Notes under the pieces: model-generated
What the model was told of the DNA's origin: nothing
Database searches by the model: none
The model's input: the letters and a program-made list of their open reading frames with translations, nothing else
From: a virus
Taxonomy: Duplodnaviria; Caudoviricetes
DNA: 40,952 nt
Reading direction: 5' to 3' (one strand)
Virus record (IMG/VR): IMGVR_UViG_3300021082_000062
Span: 1 to 40,952 of that record
Translations under genes and position numbers: made by a program
Shown: in pieces, positions 1-9,702 of the stretch
Position numbering within the stretch: the stretch's first letter is position 1
Layout: the number at the start of each line of letters is the position of its first letter

Positions 1-365
1 TGGGCAACGCGCCTCTGATTGCCGTTGCCGCCGCCTGGGGCGCGGGCCGCGTGGCGCTGTCTGCCAATGGCGGGGCGGTCCAAACAAGCGGCCTGACCGG
101 CTTGCCCACCGTCAACCGGTTGGTGCTGGGTTGGGGGTTTGGTGGGATAGGGCCGTTGCAAGGCTACCTGCGGTCGGTCGCATACTACCCGCGCGCCCTG
201 GCAGACCATGAGCTAATCGCGGTGACATACAACCCCGGTGCCACGCTACTGCCTGCACCAGAGCCGCCCGTGATCGACAACGAGCTACCCACGCCGCCAC
301 CAGCGCGGCCTGACAACGAGCTACCCGAGACGCCGACACCGAGAGGGCGACGCAATGGCCGGTAG
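1..365 (+). CDS. C-terminal part of head-fibre/LamG-like protein starting at 39785 (wraps around)
   Basis: Frame from position 3 is open; ends GYLRSVAYYPRALADHEL, typical of concanavalin/LamG-like phage fibre C-termini, then Pro-rich tail with two DNELP repeats. Confidence 0.8.
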   Translation, partial: GNAPLIAVAAAWGAGRVALSANGGAVQTSGLTGLPTVNRLVLGWGFGGIGPLQGYLRSVAYYPRALADHELIAVTYNPGATLLPAPEPPVIDNELPTPPPARPDNELPETPTPRGRRNGR

Positions 366-783
366 CGCGACAGTCTACGTTGAGCGCGGCGTGCTGGGGC
401 ACACGCTGGCCTATACGGCGATGCCGGCGCCCGCTGCGATCTACATCGGCTTGTGCCAGGCCGACCTGCCACCCACCGCGGCGACCGGCGGCACCGAGGC
501 GGCCGGCAACGGCTATGTGCGGATGCTGGCCACGTTCGCGCTCACTGCAGATCCGGACGAGACGATCGCCGCCAACACCGCCACCATCGAGTGGCCGGCG
601 GCGACCGCAGCCTGGGGCACGCTCGGGTTCTTCGAGCTGTGGGACGCCGTGACGGCGGGCCAGCGGCTCTACTGGGGGCCACTAGTCGATCCGGTGGACG
701 GTATCACGCCGATCACCCGCGCCGTCATGGGCGGCGACATCGTGCGGCTCACTGCCGGGACCGTCCAAGTGCAGGCGATCTGA
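355..783 (+). CDS. Small virion/tail-associated structural protein
   Basis: YIGL...GGTEAAGNGYVR...N.ATIEWPAATAAWGTL..F.LWDA.T.G.RL pattern common in phage tail clusters; overlaps upstream stop. Confidence 0.7.
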   Translation: MAGSATVYVERGVLGHTLAYTAMPAPAAIYIGLCQADLPPTAATGGTEAAGNGYVRMLATFALTADPDETIAANTATIEWPAATAAWGTLGFFELWDAVTAGQRLYWGPLVDPVDGITPITRAVMGGDIVRLTAGTVQVQAI

Positions 784-784
784 T

Positions 785-1240
785 GTGGCGGACTGCACCA
801 CAGCCGCCGGCTACGGTCGCTTCCTCTACGGGCGCAACCGGTATGGCGGCTGGCCTGGCGGTGCCGGGCGACCGTATGGCGTCGGCGCATACAGTGCAGG
901 CGCGTATGCGCGCTATGGCGCCAACATCTTCTGTATGGGCGGCAGTTCCGGCGTCGTCTTCGATGCGCGCATTGCCCAGCCGGCTCTCAAGTTTTCCCTG
1001 GCTGCGGCGAGCAGCATCACCTTCCTGCCGCGCATCGACGGGTTCTCGCGTGTCTTCAACGCCCAGGCGGTGACGCAGATCGTGTTCCATATGCACGCCG
1101 ACTGGACGCTCGCCTGGGCCGACACGGCGCCGTGCATGACCGGCGGGTGGACGCCAGCCGTCCCGTGCAGCACGGGCGCCTGGACGGTCGTGGGGGCCTG
1201 TGGCGTGGGCGCGTGGAATGGGACGGAACTAGTGCGATGA
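785..1240 (+). CDS. Hypothetical tail-region protein with YG repeats and W-x4-5-C-x2-G-x-W repeats
   Basis: GTG start just after previous stop; ATGA overlap with next gene; N-terminal YG repeats and C-terminal Trp/Cys repeats. Confidence 0.6.
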   Translation: MADCTTAAGYGRFLYGRNRYGGWPGGAGRPYGVGAYSAGAYARYGANIFCMGGSSGVVFDARIAQPALKFSLAAASSITFLPRIDGFSRVFNAQAVTQIVFHMHADWTLAWADTAPCMTGGWTPAVPCSTGAWTVVGACGVGAWNGTELVR

Positions 1241-2799
1241 GCGACTACACCAAGACCAAGAATTACGACCTGTACCTGCCCGTGCCAAACGCCGACAATG
1301 ATGTGTGGGGCGACCATCTGAACGCCAACACGACCACGCTGGACGGGCTGATTAAGAGCGTCTCAGATAAATCCGGCGTCGTCACATTCAACACGCGAGC
1401 CGGCGCGGTCACGCTCACCACGACCGACGTGACGACGGTACTGCCGCCTGGCAGCTCGCCGCCTACCATGGACGGCACCGCCTCGTCCGGCACCGCCACC
1501 GCATGGTCCCGCCAGGACCACGTCCACCCGACCGACACGACGCGCGCGCCGCTCAACAGCCCGATATTCACGGGCGTGCCTGTCATGCCAACCGGCACGC
1601 AGGCGGTGACGCAGACGGCGGGCACCAGCAACCAGACGCTAGCCACGACGGCGTTCGTCACCACGAGCCTGGGTGCGGTTCCGGGCGGCGCGGTGATCGC
1701 CCCCACGGCGCCTGCACTGAACCCTGGCGGGCTCTGGTGGGACAGCGCGGGCGGGCAGCTCTACGTGCGCTACGACGACGGCACATCGGTTGCCTATGTC
1801 GCCGCCACGAACGTCGAGGGGCTGGCCAACGCGGCGACCAAGGCCGAGGTAGGCGCGGCGCTGAATAACAGCGGGCGTAACCTGCTGCACAATGGGCTGT
1901 TCAATGTGGCGCAGCGTGGCAGGGGCGGGTTCAACACGGCTGGTGCCTACACCGTCGATCGGTGGCAGATATCTTTCGTGTCCGATACTATGCTCGTTCA
2001 GCCATTTCAATCGTCTGACGCCACTCGGACACAAATCGGCGATGAAGCTGTGTTGTGGGAATTATGGAACAGCAACTTTGTCGGAAGCGCAGCGGCGGGG
2101 GCGAGCAGCGTCATCTTTCAGAAGATGGAAGATGTGCGTCGCCTCACGGGGAAAACCGTCACCGTGAGTTTTTACGCACGGGCGCTTACCGTATTGAAGC
2201 TGGGCGTCTCGCTGGATCAGGTCTTTGGTTCCGGTGGCTCGCCATCCGCGACACGGTATGGCAACGGCCAATCGGTGCAACTCACGACATCCTGGGCGCG
2301 CTACAGCCTGACATTCACCCTGCCTAGCGCGAGCGGCGTGACGCTGGGCGCTAATAACGATGACCAGACTACGCTCGCCTTTTGGTATTCTAGCGGCAGC
2401 ACGAACGCCACCCGGGCAGGCAATGTTGGCGTGCAGAGCGGATCGATTGGCCTCTGGGGCGTGCAGCTAGAGATCGCCGCCGCCGGTCAGACGCAGCCGT
2501 CGCCGCTCGATAAGCCGGACCCGCGCGAGGACTTGGCGAACTGCCAGCGGTTCTACCGCATCGGCTCTATGAGCATGCGCGGTTACAACACTGCCGCTGC
2601 CTATCTGACAGCAACGTATCCATTTGGCACGACCATGCGAGCGGTGCCGTCCATAACCTTGGGCACGGCAAGCTCTTCCAATATGGGCGCGCCTGCGACG
2701 GCGGTAATTGCAACAGACATGGTGGCGATGGGTGCGCCGGTAACAGCTTCAGGCGATGCCTGGATCAATATGACATTCACCGCATCGGCGGACCTCTGA
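1237..2799 (+). CDS. Tail fibre / receptor-binding protein 1
   Basis: ATG at 1237 (ATGA overlap); N-terminal anchor (NYDLYLP...WGDHLNAN..TLD), APLNSPIFTG/ATTAFV shaft motifs, carbohydrate-binding-like GRNLLHNG..QRG..DRW..WGVQLE..CQRFY module. Confidence 0.85.
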   Translation: MSDYTKTKNYDLYLPVPNADNDVWGDHLNANTTTLDGLIKSVSDKSGVVTFNTRAGAVTLTTTDVTTVLPPGSSPPTMDGTASSGTATAWSRQDHVHPTDTTRAPLNSPIFTGVPVMPTGTQAVTQTAGTSNQTLATTAFVTTSLGAVPGGAVIAPTAPALNPGGLWWDSAGGQLYVRYDDGTSVAYVAATNVEGLANAATKAEVGAALNNSGRNLLHNGLFNVAQRGRGGFNTAGAYTVDRWQISFVSDTMLVQPFQSSDATRTQIGDEAVLWELWNSNFVGSAAAGASSVIFQKMEDVRRLTGKTVTVSFYARALTVLKLGVSLDQVFGSGGSPSATRYGNGQSVQLTTSWARYSLTFTLPSASGVTLGANNDDQTTLAFWYSSGSTNATRAGNVGVQSGSIGLWGVQLEIAAAGQTQPSPLDKPDPREDLANCQRFYRIGSMSMRGYNTAAAYLTATYPFGTTMRAVPSITLGTASSSNMGAPATAVIATDMVAMGAPVTASGDAWINMTFTASADL

Positions 2800-2800
2800 C

Positions 2801-3970
2801 ATGGCCCTCGATTTTCCCAACAGCCCGACGCTCAACCAGCAATACACGCACCCGACGACGGGCATCATCTGGGTATGGGACGGCGCCAAGTGGGTGTCCG
2901 GCACAGGCGCGACTGCCTACGCCCCGATCGCCTCGCCCGTGTTCACCGGCAACCCGCAGGCGCCCAATCCGCCGGCTGGCGATGCAGATACCAGCGTGGC
3001 CACGACCAGCTTCGTGTCGGCGGCGGTGGGGACGACGCAGGGCAACGTCGGGCGCAACCTCATCCACAACTCGATGTTCAATGTGCAGCAGCGTGGTGCG
3101 GGGCCATGGACGACGAGCGTTTACACCGCAGACAGATGGCGGGCTGGCACTGTTCTCGACACGGTTAGCTTTGTTGTCGCGCCGTTTAATGACGAGGCGC
3201 GTGCTATGATTGGGGATGAGACGGCGGCGCAGTTTCTCAGCAACACGTTCACCGGCAACGCGGGTGCGTCGGCACAAAATTACATCGACCAGTGCATTGA
3301 GGGCGTGCGACGGCTGAGTGGCAAGACGGTCACCGTCAGCCTATGGGTGGCGAGCAGCTCACCGTCGCTAAAGCTCGGTGCCAACATATACATGCACACA
3401 GGCTCGGGTGGCTCACCAACTGGTGCCGTCTGGGCGTCGGCAACAGGTGTCGCGTTGCCAACCACAGCGTCGTATGTGCGCGTCTCGTTCACAATGACAT
3501 TGCCAAGCCTGTCTGGCGCTGTGCTCGGTTCCAATCGCGATGACAGTGTAATCCTGCGGCTACACTATTCGTCAGGCGCTACAAACAACGCCGTTACCGG
3601 CAACATCGGTGTGCAGTCTGGCACCATTAACATCTGGGGCGTGCAGCTAGAGATCGGCAGCGTCGCCACGCCGCTAGAGAAGCCCGACCCGCAAGTCGAG
3701 TTGGCGAACTGCCAACGGTTTTATGCCACATTTGCGGTGATAACTCTGTGCCCCGTTGCGACCAGTATCAACGGCCACGCTGCCTATGTTGCTCACCCAG
3801 TGACCATGCATCATACGCCGACTTATGTGTCACAGCATGTGGCAGGCAATGTTAGTCTCGGCATAACCTATAATTATCAGAGTACTGTAGGCGTTTGGAC
3901 AAGTATGGCTGGAACACCAGTTGCTGGGAACTATGAAGTATTATCTGTCACCGCATCCGCTGATCTGTGA
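2801..3970 (+). CDS. Tail fibre / receptor-binding protein 2 (paralogue of fibre 1)
   Basis: Starts MALDFPNSP...WVWDGAKW; same GRNLIHN..QRG..DRW..GKTVTVS..WGVQLEI..CQRFY module and same terminal TASADL. Confidence 0.85.
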   Translation: MALDFPNSPTLNQQYTHPTTGIIWVWDGAKWVSGTGATAYAPIASPVFTGNPQAPNPPAGDADTSVATTSFVSAAVGTTQGNVGRNLIHNSMFNVQQRGAGPWTTSVYTADRWRAGTVLDTVSFVVAPFNDEARAMIGDETAAQFLSNTFTGNAGASAQNYIDQCIEGVRRLSGKTVTVSLWVASSSPSLKLGANIYMHTGSGGSPTGAVWASATGVALPTTASYVRVSFTMTLPSLSGAVLGSNRDDSVILRLHYSSGATNNAVTGNIGVQSGTINIWGVQLEIGSVATPLEKPDPQVELANCQRFYATFAVITLCPVATSINGHAAYVAHPVTMHHTPTYVSQHVAGNVSLGITYNYQSTVGVWTSMAGTPVAGNYEVLSVTASADL

Positions 3971-3979
3971 GGACATAGC

Positions 3980-4174
3980 ATGGCAAGCGAATACCAACTA
4001 GTCGCACAGCTTCCAGGCATGACGATGCAGACCGTGCAGCGCATGCGGGACCATGCATTCGTGCCGTTCGATCCGGCCAATCGGGACTATCAAGAGTTCC
4101 TGGCGTGGCAGGCCGAGGGCAACGAGCCGGACCCCGCGCCTGATGAGCCGCACATACCGACAGCGAAGGAATAA
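3980..4174 (+). CDS. Small tail-fibre-associated (chaperone-like) protein
   Basis: VPFDPANRDYQEFLAWQAEGNEPDP motif typical of small genes following fibres; GAGGA RBS. Confidence 0.7.
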   Translation: MASEYQLVAQLPGMTMQTVQRMRDHAFVPFDPANRDYQEFLAWQAEGNEPDPAPDEPHIPTAKE

Positions 4175-4178
4175 CACC

Positions 4179-4496
4179 ATGGCAACGCAGGCCGGTGAGA
4201 TGACCCAGACGCCCCCAGGCAATCCGCAGTGGGTCGCGTGCAGCGGGCAATACATCTACGGCTACGCGCCACCCGTAGCGCCACAGACTGCGCGGCCTCA
4301 CACGGGCGTCTCGACCGGCACGCGACGGGACTACGAGCGAAGGGTCGGCGGGTGGTCCGGCACCAGGGGTGTCGGCGGGTGGATGCTGCGGATGCCGCTG
4401 ATTGCGACGTGGTACATCAGCACGGCGGACGACAGCGGCGAGACGGCGCTTGTGACGCCGCCCACGGCGATGAAACCACCGCCTGGGACTAAGTGA
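4179..4496 (+). CDS. Hypothetical protein
   Basis: ATG with AAGGA RBS; fits operon between fibre genes. Confidence 0.6.
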   Translation: MATQAGEMTQTPPGNPQWVACSGQYIYGYAPPVAPQTARPHTGVSTGTRRDYERRVGGWSGTRGVGGWMLRMPLIATWYISTADDSGETALVTPPTAMKPPPGTK

Positions 4497-4705
4497 GCGA
4501 CAGCCCGCCCGTCCCGCCTGGGACGCCCCTGGCGGTCACGCTGACCTTCCAGCAATGGCGCGAGCTGGTGGACGTGCTGGCCGACGCGCCGTTTCGCAAG
4601 GTTTCGCATTTCGTCGGCGCGATCGACCGGCAGTGCGGCGAGCAACTCACGCGACTGATGCCAACGCTACGCACCAACGGTGCAGGGAAACACGCCGATG
4701 CCTGA
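4493..4705 (+). CDS. Hypothetical protein
   Basis: GTGA overlap with upstream gene; operon context. Confidence 0.6.
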   Translation: MSDSPPVPPGTPLAVTLTFQQWRELVDVLADAPFRKVSHFVGAIDRQCGEQLTRLMPTLRTNGAGKHADA

Positions 4706-5711
4706 TACCTACACGCCCAACCTGGCACTGGTTAAGCCGGAAGTCGGCGCCTCGCGCGACTCTTGGGGATCGAAGCTCAATGCCAATGCCGACACTCTGG
4801 ACAAACTGGTGTCGCAGGCGATGCCCATCGGGGCCATCCTCGACTTCGCCGGACCCAATGCGCCGCCAGGCTGGTTGATCTGCGACGGCCGGTGGATCTC
4901 GCGCGTCACCTTTTCCGCTTTATTCAGCGTGATCGGTACGTGGTGGGGGACCGGCGACGGCAGTACTTCGTTTGCGCTGCCGGCGCCTAATGGCCGCGTA
5001 TCGATAGGGGCGGGGCATCTGTGGGGGGACGACCAGGGTAACCCTGGGGACTATGGGCTCGCCGGATATATTGGCGCGCAATACCGCCAGATCGCCAAAG
5101 CCCATTTGCCCAACTACAACATGGTCAGCGACTCGCAGGGCTACCACGCCCATGGTGGCGTCACGGTCGGCGCGGGCGGCCACACGCACACGACCGACGT
5201 GCAGGGCAGCCACAACCACGACACGGGCGGGACAGCCGGCGGCGCGTCGCCCGGCGGCGCGCACCGGCACGACGGCAACACAGACGGGCAGGGATCGCAC
5301 GCGCACAATGTCGTGCTGCCAAATCAGAGCGCGGGCACTAGCGGCGGCGGGTATAACGTCATGAGCGACGTATTTGGCAATCGCGCATATGCGACCGACG
5401 CAGCCGGACACCACGCGCACAACGTCAACGTGTTTGAGGCCGCCGCGCACCAGCATTACCTGTACTGGGACGGCAACCACGCGCACAATGTCTACGGTGT
5501 CGGCGATCACACGCACGGCGTCTACGGCGACGGCACCCACGCGCACAACATCTCGCTGGGCGGCGGTGGGCAGTGGTTCGATTTGCGCCAGCCGGCGCTT
5601 GTAGTGACGAAAATCATATACGCCGGTCCGCAAGCCTCGGCGACCCTTGGGGCTCTTGCCGCGCCACTCGTGCAGCGCCTGCTGTCCGCGCCTCTACGCG
5701 GCACCCACTAG
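4698..5711 (+). CDS. Tail collar domain fibre with ten HxH metal-binding motifs
   Basis: MPIGAILDFAGPNAPPGWLICDG...LFSVIGT.WG.GDGSTSFALP is the phage tail collar signature; followed by repeated GxHxH motifs. Confidence 0.9.
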   Translation: MPDTYTPNLALVKPEVGASRDSWGSKLNANADTLDKLVSQAMPIGAILDFAGPNAPPGWLICDGRWISRVTFSALFSVIGTWWGTGDGSTSFALPAPNGRVSIGAGHLWGDDQGNPGDYGLAGYIGAQYRQIAKAHLPNYNMVSDSQGYHAHGGVTVGAGGHTHTTDVQGSHNHDTGGTAGGASPGGAHRHDGNTDGQGSHAHNVVLPNQSAGTSGGGYNVMSDVFGNRAYATDAAGHHAHNVNVFEAAAHQHYLYWDGNHAHNVYGVGDHTHGVYGDGTHAHNISLGGGGQWFDLRQPALVVTKIIYAGPQASATLGALAAPLVQRLLSAPLRGTH

Positions 5712-5712
5712 C

Positions 5713-7257
5713 ATGCGCCTGCCCCAAGCCCCACCGCCAGGCGTGGTCCGCAACGCCACGCCCGAGGCGACCCCCGGCAGATGGTGGGACGTCAACAACA
5801 TCCGATTCCGCGGCGGGCAACTGCAGCCGATCGGCGGCAACGTGGTCATGTCGGGCACTGGCGTGACCGGTAGCGGGCCGCGCGATCTGCTGACCTGGCA
5901 CGACAACGCGCATGTACGTTGGGCTGCGTTCGGCACCGACACGAAGCTCTACGCGTTCCGGTTTGACACAGACGTGATCTACGACATTACACCGGCTGGC
6001 GTCGGCGGCCTCGATGACCCCGGCGCCCTGGTTGGTTATGGATTGGCGGATTATGGCACCGATGCATACGGGACCGCGCGCGATCCAGAGGACATCGGGC
6101 CGCAAGATATTGCAGCGACCATGGGCGATCGGTGGTCCCTCGCCACGTTCGGGCAGGATCTCATGATCGTCCCAACACAGGACGGGCATTTGTTCCGCTG
6201 GTCACCCACCACGCCCGCCACGCTGCCCGCCATCGTTACCAACGCGCCCGTGCTGAACCGCGGCGTGATCGTCAGCGATCAGCGGCATGTCGTCCTACTC
6301 GCAGCCGGCGGCGACCCGCGCAGGATCGCCTGGTCCGACCAAGAGGACCCGACAGTGTGGGCGCCTACCGCGGTCAACATGGCCGGCGACAAGATGTTAC
6401 AAACGCAATCATACGCCATGACGGCCTGCAAGGTATCGGACGGCATCCTGATCTTTACCGCTAATGACGTACACAAAATGACGTATGTCGGCGCGCCTTA
6501 CGCGTACGGAATAGTCCAGATCGCCGCCGGGTGCGGGCCTATGTCGCCGCGAGCTGTGGTATCGATCGGCAACGCCGTGGCATGGCCTGGCCTGCAAACC
6601 TTCTGGACCTATCAGGGCAGCGTGCAGCCGGCGCAGTGCGATGTGGGCGACTGGTTTTTCTCGCTGGTCAATCGATCGATGCTCGGTCGCGTCTTTGGCA
6701 GCCCCAACCCCGCATTCAGCGAGATGTGGTGGGACTGGCCAGATGAAGGCGCCTTGGAATGCAATCGCTACATCGCAATGAACTACTCGGACCCGGCGCA
6801 TCCATGGACGATTGGGGTGCGCAATCGGACGGCGGCTGACCCGAGCGGGACTATGGATTTCCCGATCCTCGGCGGCGAGGTACCCTACTCGCCGGGGCAG
6901 GGCTGCCTGTTCCTGCACGAGTATGGATGGACCGACAGCGGCGTGCCGCGCGCGTCGATGGGCGCCGTCTACGCTGAGAGCGGCAATATCACGATGGGCG
7001 GCGGCGACATCCGATACCACGTCAAGCAGGTCGTGCTGGACGCGTCCAACGATAACAGCCTGGGTTTCCGGTTCCTGACCCGAGAGCAGCCGATGGGCAG
7101 CGAGCGCGACACCGGCCTGTATACACACACGCACGACGGGCTGATGGACGTCAGGTTTAGCGCTAGGCATATGCGCATGCGCATCGAGGCGCTGGCGGAC
7201 GAGCCGTTCGCCCTCGGGCGGCCTCATCTGAACATTCGTAAGGGGGGCAGGCGATAA
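5713..7257 (+). CDS. Tail nozzle / stabilisation protein (P22 gp10 / T7 gp12-like)
   Basis: Beta-rich ~514 aa protein with RRIAWSDQEDPTVW motif, located just before ejection genes. Confidence 0.7.
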   Translation: MRLPQAPPPGVVRNATPEATPGRWWDVNNIRFRGGQLQPIGGNVVMSGTGVTGSGPRDLLTWHDNAHVRWAAFGTDTKLYAFRFDTDVIYDITPAGVGGLDDPGALVGYGLADYGTDAYGTARDPEDIGPQDIAATMGDRWSLATFGQDLMIVPTQDGHLFRWSPTTPATLPAIVTNAPVLNRGVIVSDQRHVVLLAAGGDPRRIAWSDQEDPTVWAPTAVNMAGDKMLQTQSYAMTACKVSDGILIFTANDVHKMTYVGAPYAYGIVQIAAGCGPMSPRAVVSIGNAVAWPGLQTFWTYQGSVQPAQCDVGDWFFSLVNRSMLGRVFGSPNPAFSEMWWDWPDEGALECNRYIAMNYSDPAHPWTIGVRNRTAADPSGTMDFPILGGEVPYSPGQGCLFLHEYGWTDSGVPRASMGAVYAESGNITMGGGDIRYHVKQVVLDASNDNSLGFRFLTREQPMGSERDTGLYTHTHDGLMDVRFSARHMRMRIEALADEPFALGRPHLNIRKGGRR

Positions 7258-7484
7258 TGGCGGTCCCCGTCCGGCATCCAGCCGCCCCGTTCCAGGCGCC
7301 GACCGGTGGCAGCATCGATGAGCGCCTGGCCGTCATCGCCACCGAGCTGAACAAGAAGGCCAACGCCGGAATCGCCGGGCCTTCGTACCACTTCCTGGGG
7401 CTCATCAGCCCCAACGGCACAGCCTGGCGCGTGACGGTCGATGATGCCGGCGTGCTGCACACTGAAGCGACGCCGCGCGCATGA
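7257..7484 (+). CDS. Small tail protein, hypothetical
   Basis: Coupled start; LISPNGTAWRVTVDDAGVL motif common in small podovirus tail genes. Confidence 0.6.
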   Translation: MAVPVRHPAAPFQAPTGGSIDERLAVIATELNKKANAGIAGPSYHFLGLISPNGTAWRVTVDDAGVLHTEATPRA

Positions 7485-7849
7485 CAGACGACGAAAAGGC
7501 ACGACGCCTCGAGCGAGCGCTGGCACACGCCGGCAACACGCACACGCCTGCAGATGTGCTGGACCGGGTGCGCGAGGGGCGCGCGCGATGCTGGCCCAAC
7601 GGGGACAGCGTGGTGATCACGGAAGTACTCGTCTTCCCGCGCCTGCGTGTCTGCAATTACTGGCTCGGCGTCGGCAATCTGCGCGAGTGCTCTGACCTGC
7701 AGCCGGCGATCGACGCGTGGGCCATAGAGCAGGGCTGCAGCGTGGCTACGTCAACAGCGCGCATGGGATGGCTGCGCGTGATCAAGACGCCGCTCGGCGA
7801 AGGGTGGCGGCCCGCTGGCATCAAATACACGAAGGATCTGAGGTCATGA
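7481..7849 (+). CDS. GNAT-like small protein preceding ejection proteins
   Basis: WAIEQGC....ARMGW pattern and conserved position between nozzle and ejection genes. Confidence 0.55.
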   Translation: MTDDEKARRLERALAHAGNTHTPADVLDRVREGRARCWPNGDSVVITEVLVFPRLRVCNYWLGVGNLRECSDLQPAIDAWAIEQGCSVATSTARMGWLRVIKTPLGEGWRPAGIKYTKDLRS

Positions 7850-8988
7850 GCGGCGGCGGTGGCGGGGGCCAGAACACCACAACCCAGAACAGCAACGCGT
7901 ATATACCGCCCTGGCTCGAGGCTGCGGGTGCGGGTGCGGTGGAACGTGCCACCAACCTGAGCAATCAGGCCTATACGCCATACACCGGACAGACGATCGC
8001 CGGCTTAGATCCGGCGCAGCAGCAGGCCTACGCCCAGGTGCAAGGCATGCAGGGCATGGGCATGGGCGGCTACAACAGCGCCCTCGGCGCCCAGCAGCAG
8101 CTCGCTAACCAGGCAACGCCCCTATCTGCCGCCGGCATCCAGGGCAATGCCGATACCCTGCAGCAGGGGTTCAACAGCAACGTCTACAACCCCGCGGCCG
8201 GGCTGCTCGGCAACTTCGCCAGCCAGGGGCCAATGACAGCGCAGGGCGTCGCCAGCAACGCGCAGCAGCTTATGAGCCCCTACACGCAGTCGGTGATCGA
8301 CCCGGCGAACCAGCTGATGCAGCAGCAGCTGCGGTCCAACCTCAACACGATCGGCGCCGGGGCGAACAGCGCTGGCGCATTCGGTGGCAGCCGGCAGGGC
8401 GTGCAGGAAGGTATCGCGCAGTCACAAGCCGCGCTGGGCAGCGAGAAGTATCTGGGCGACATGCTCAATCAGCAGTGGGGCAACGCGCTGACGCAGGGCG
8501 GCAGCATCGCGCAGTATGGCGCGCAGCAGGGCCTCGCCGCGAATACCACGCTGGCCAACCTGCTGCAGGGTGGTTACGCCGGCAACCAAAAGCTCGGCGC
8601 GGACATCATGAACCAGAACCTGACTGCCGGCCTGAACGCAGCGCAGCAGCTGCCGCAAAGCCTGGCGGGACAGCAGGCGGCGATGCTCGGCCAGGCCAAC
8701 GCGCTGAACCAGGCAGGCGGGCTGCAGCAGCAATACCAGCAGAACATCCTCAACGCACAGCAGGGTGCTTTTGCACAGCAGCAGGCATTCCCCTACCAGC
8801 AGCTGCAGACACTGCTGGGCGCGGTCAGCGGCATCCCCTACAGCACGAGCAACACAGGATATCAGCAGGACTACAGCCCGATGTACTCAAACCCGTGGGG
8901 CCAGGCGATCGGCGGCACGGCGGCGCTCGGTGGCCTGGCCAGCGGCGTCGGCAACATCCTCGACAACAACCAGGCGGGGAACGCGTAG
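7846..8988 (+). CDS. DNA ejection / internal virion protein 1
   Basis: MSGGGGGG start, Q/N/G/A-rich, MSPYTQSVID and GAFGGSRQGVQEG motifs typical of podovirus ejection proteins. Confidence 0.75.
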   Translation: MSGGGGGGQNTTTQNSNAYIPPWLEAAGAGAVERATNLSNQAYTPYTGQTIAGLDPAQQQAYAQVQGMQGMGMGGYNSALGAQQQLANQATPLSAAGIQGNADTLQQGFNSNVYNPAAGLLGNFASQGPMTAQGVASNAQQLMSPYTQSVIDPANQLMQQQLRSNLNTIGAGANSAGAFGGSRQGVQEGIAQSQAALGSEKYLGDMLNQQWGNALTQGGSIAQYGAQQGLAANTTLANLLQGGYAGNQKLGADIMNQNLTAGLNAAQQLPQSLAGQQAAMLGQANALNQAGGLQQQYQQNILNAQQGAFAQQQAFPYQQLQTLLGAVSGIPYSTSNTGYQQDYSPMYSNPWGQAIGGTAALGGLASGVGNILDNNQAGNA

Positions 8989-9699
8989 ATGGCAGACGGC
9001 GGCGTAGGCGAAGCGGCCCTCATCGCTGCGGCGGCAGAGAGCGCCGCGGCGGCCGGCGGCACAGCGGCGGCCACGGCTGCGGCGGTCGCGGCGGCTGAAG
9101 CGGCGGCGACCGCAACGGCGGCTGGTGCCACAGCTGCAGCAGTGGCGCCGGAAGTGGCAGCTGCAGCCGCGCCCACACTGGCACTCGCTGCGCCAGAGGC
9201 GGCGGCGGTCGCCGCGCCAGAGGCGGCGGCAGAGGCCGCGCCCGCGTTTTTCAGCACGACGGCCGATCCGCTGCTGGGCTCTGCGGTGCAGGGCGGCACC
9301 GTAACCGACGCTTCGCTACTAGGCCCCACCACTGTCGCGGCTGACGCGCCTCTCGCCACCCCGTCCGGCGTCACGGTAGGCACCGAGGCGTTCGGGCCGC
9401 CAACGGATGCAGGCCTGCTGGGCAACTGGTGGAACCAGGCGACGCTCGGCGAGAAGCTAGGTGCCGGCGGCAAGCTGCTGTCTGGCGTCAGCGGCGCCAA
9501 GGGGCTGGCGAGTGCAGCCAGCACGCCAGCCAAGGGATCAACGAACCAGATCCGGCCCGGCACCACGGGCAAGCCAACGGGCGGCGAGCAGGCGCTGGCG
9601 CAGATCGTGGACGCCATGCTGAAGAGACGCGATGCGTATCAGCAGGGCCAGCTGGGCGGCGTGCCGGTGGTCTATCGGCCGCGCGGACTGTTGGGGTGA
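8989..9699 (+). CDS. Ala-rich internal virion / ejection protein
   Basis: Abuts upstream stop; low-complexity Ala-rich N-half; ends RPRGLLG. Confidence 0.65.
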   Translation: MADGGVGEAALIAAAAESAAAAGGTAAATAAAVAAAEAAATATAAGATAAAVAPEVAAAAAPTLALAAPEAAAVAAPEAAAEAAPAFFSTTADPLLGSAVQGGTVTDASLLGPTTVAADAPLATPSGVTVGTEAFGPPTDAGLLGNWWNQATLGEKLGAGGKLLSGVSGAKGLASAASTPAKGSTNQIRPGTTGKPTGGEQALAQIVDAMLKRRDAYQQGQLGGVPVVYRPRGLLG

Positions 9700-9702
9700 G
9701 CC

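Noticed and set aside
1237-3970. Diversity-generating retroelement for fibre tips
   Set aside because: No reverse transcriptase and no TR/VR pair with adenine-specific mismatches seen.
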